A DNA stretch of 64,000 bases from Azolla caroliniana. Its lineage: Eukaryota > Plantae > Polypodiophyta. Shown piece by piece: positions 63,182 through 64,000 of this stretch (position 1 is its first letter; every line of letters starts with the position of its first letter). The stretch covers positions 15,748,001 through 15,812,000 of the forward strand of contig JBHGNT010000020.1 of assembly GCA_043228905.1 (NCBI GenBank), read 5' to 3'. Position numbers and translations under genes: made by a program. The notes beneath the pieces were generated by a model. It saw nothing but the letters and a program-made list of their open reading frames with translations. It ran no database searches and was not told where the DNA came from.

Positions 63182-64000
63182 TTGAACACAAAAATTTGAT
63201 ATCACACGAGCCAGGTATGCCATTTTAATTTACTCACGGGCTCTTCTCAACTCCCTCCTCAAATTTGCTAATTTCTTCATGTCTCTCGACCTGAGTTTCA
63301 AAATATTGATTTTTTAATTCCATAAGATAGCTAGCTTTGTTAGCTTCGATTTGCATCTTTGAACACAAAAATCCGATATCACACGAGCCAAGTATGACCA
63401 TTTTAATTTACTCACGGGCTCTTCTCAAGTCCCTCCTCAAATTTGCTAATTTCTTCATGTCTCTCGACCTGAGGTTCAAAATCTTGAATTTTTAATTCCA
63501 TAAGATAGCTAGCGTTGTTATCTTCGATTCGCATCTTTGAACACAAAAATTTGATATCACACGAGCCAGGTATGCCATTTTAATTTACTCACGGGCTCTT
63601 CTCAACTCCCTCCTCAAATTTGCTAATTTCTTCATGTCTCTCGACCTGAGTTTCAAAATATTGAATTTTTAATTCCATAAGATAGCTAGCGTTGTTAGCT
63701 TCGATTCGCATCTTTGAACACAAAAATCCGATATCACACGAGCCAGGTATGACCATTTTAATTTACTCACGGGCTCTTCTCAAGGCCCTCCTCAAATTTG
63801 CTAATTCCTTCATGTCTCTCGACCTGAGGTTCAAAATCTTTATTTTTTAATTCCATGTCATAGCTAGCGTTGTTATCTTCGATTCGCATGTTTGAACACA
63901 AAAACTTGATATCACACGAGCCAGGTATGCCATTTTAATTTACTCACGGGCTCTTCTCAACTCCCTCCTCAAATTTGCTAATTTCTTCATGTCTCTCGAC
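63182..64000 (-). repeat. 178-bp satellite array in opposite orientation, 355-bp dimeric HOR
   Basis: Reverse-complement monomers. The variant with a 1-nt deletion (ggtatgccatttt) recurs at 63182, 63537 and 63892. Confidence 0.96.

Overview
Eukaryotic (land-plant) centromere-type window. About 52 kb is a tandem array of a 178-bp AT-rich satellite, organised into several domains of higher-order repeats (HORs; e.g. 2430, 3024, 3557 and 3696 bp periods). The array is on the + strand up to 63181 and then switches strand. Two young, intact, full-length LTR retrotransposons are inserted, each with a 5-bp TSD. The first is a Ty3/gypsy chromovirus (19811-25580; Tcn1/Tf1-sushi-like). The second is a Ty1/copia element (49692-55191; Tnt1/Tork-like). 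The chromovirus is the most unusual object. It has no tRNA primer-binding site and instead has a PBS complementary to its own predicted transcript 5' end (self-priming). It also carries a 10-unit heat-shock-element array against the TATA box, an antisense tRNA-like A-box/B-box module at the outer end of each LTR, and a G_UUA_AAC + hairpin -1 frameshift signal. The copia element is strongly CCGG-enriched. The array also contains repair scars: a templated inverted monomer with filler at 15211-15411 and a 295-bp foreign insert at 43272-43566. There are no host genes, and the short ORFs in the satellite are spurious. All counts and alignments were done by eye.
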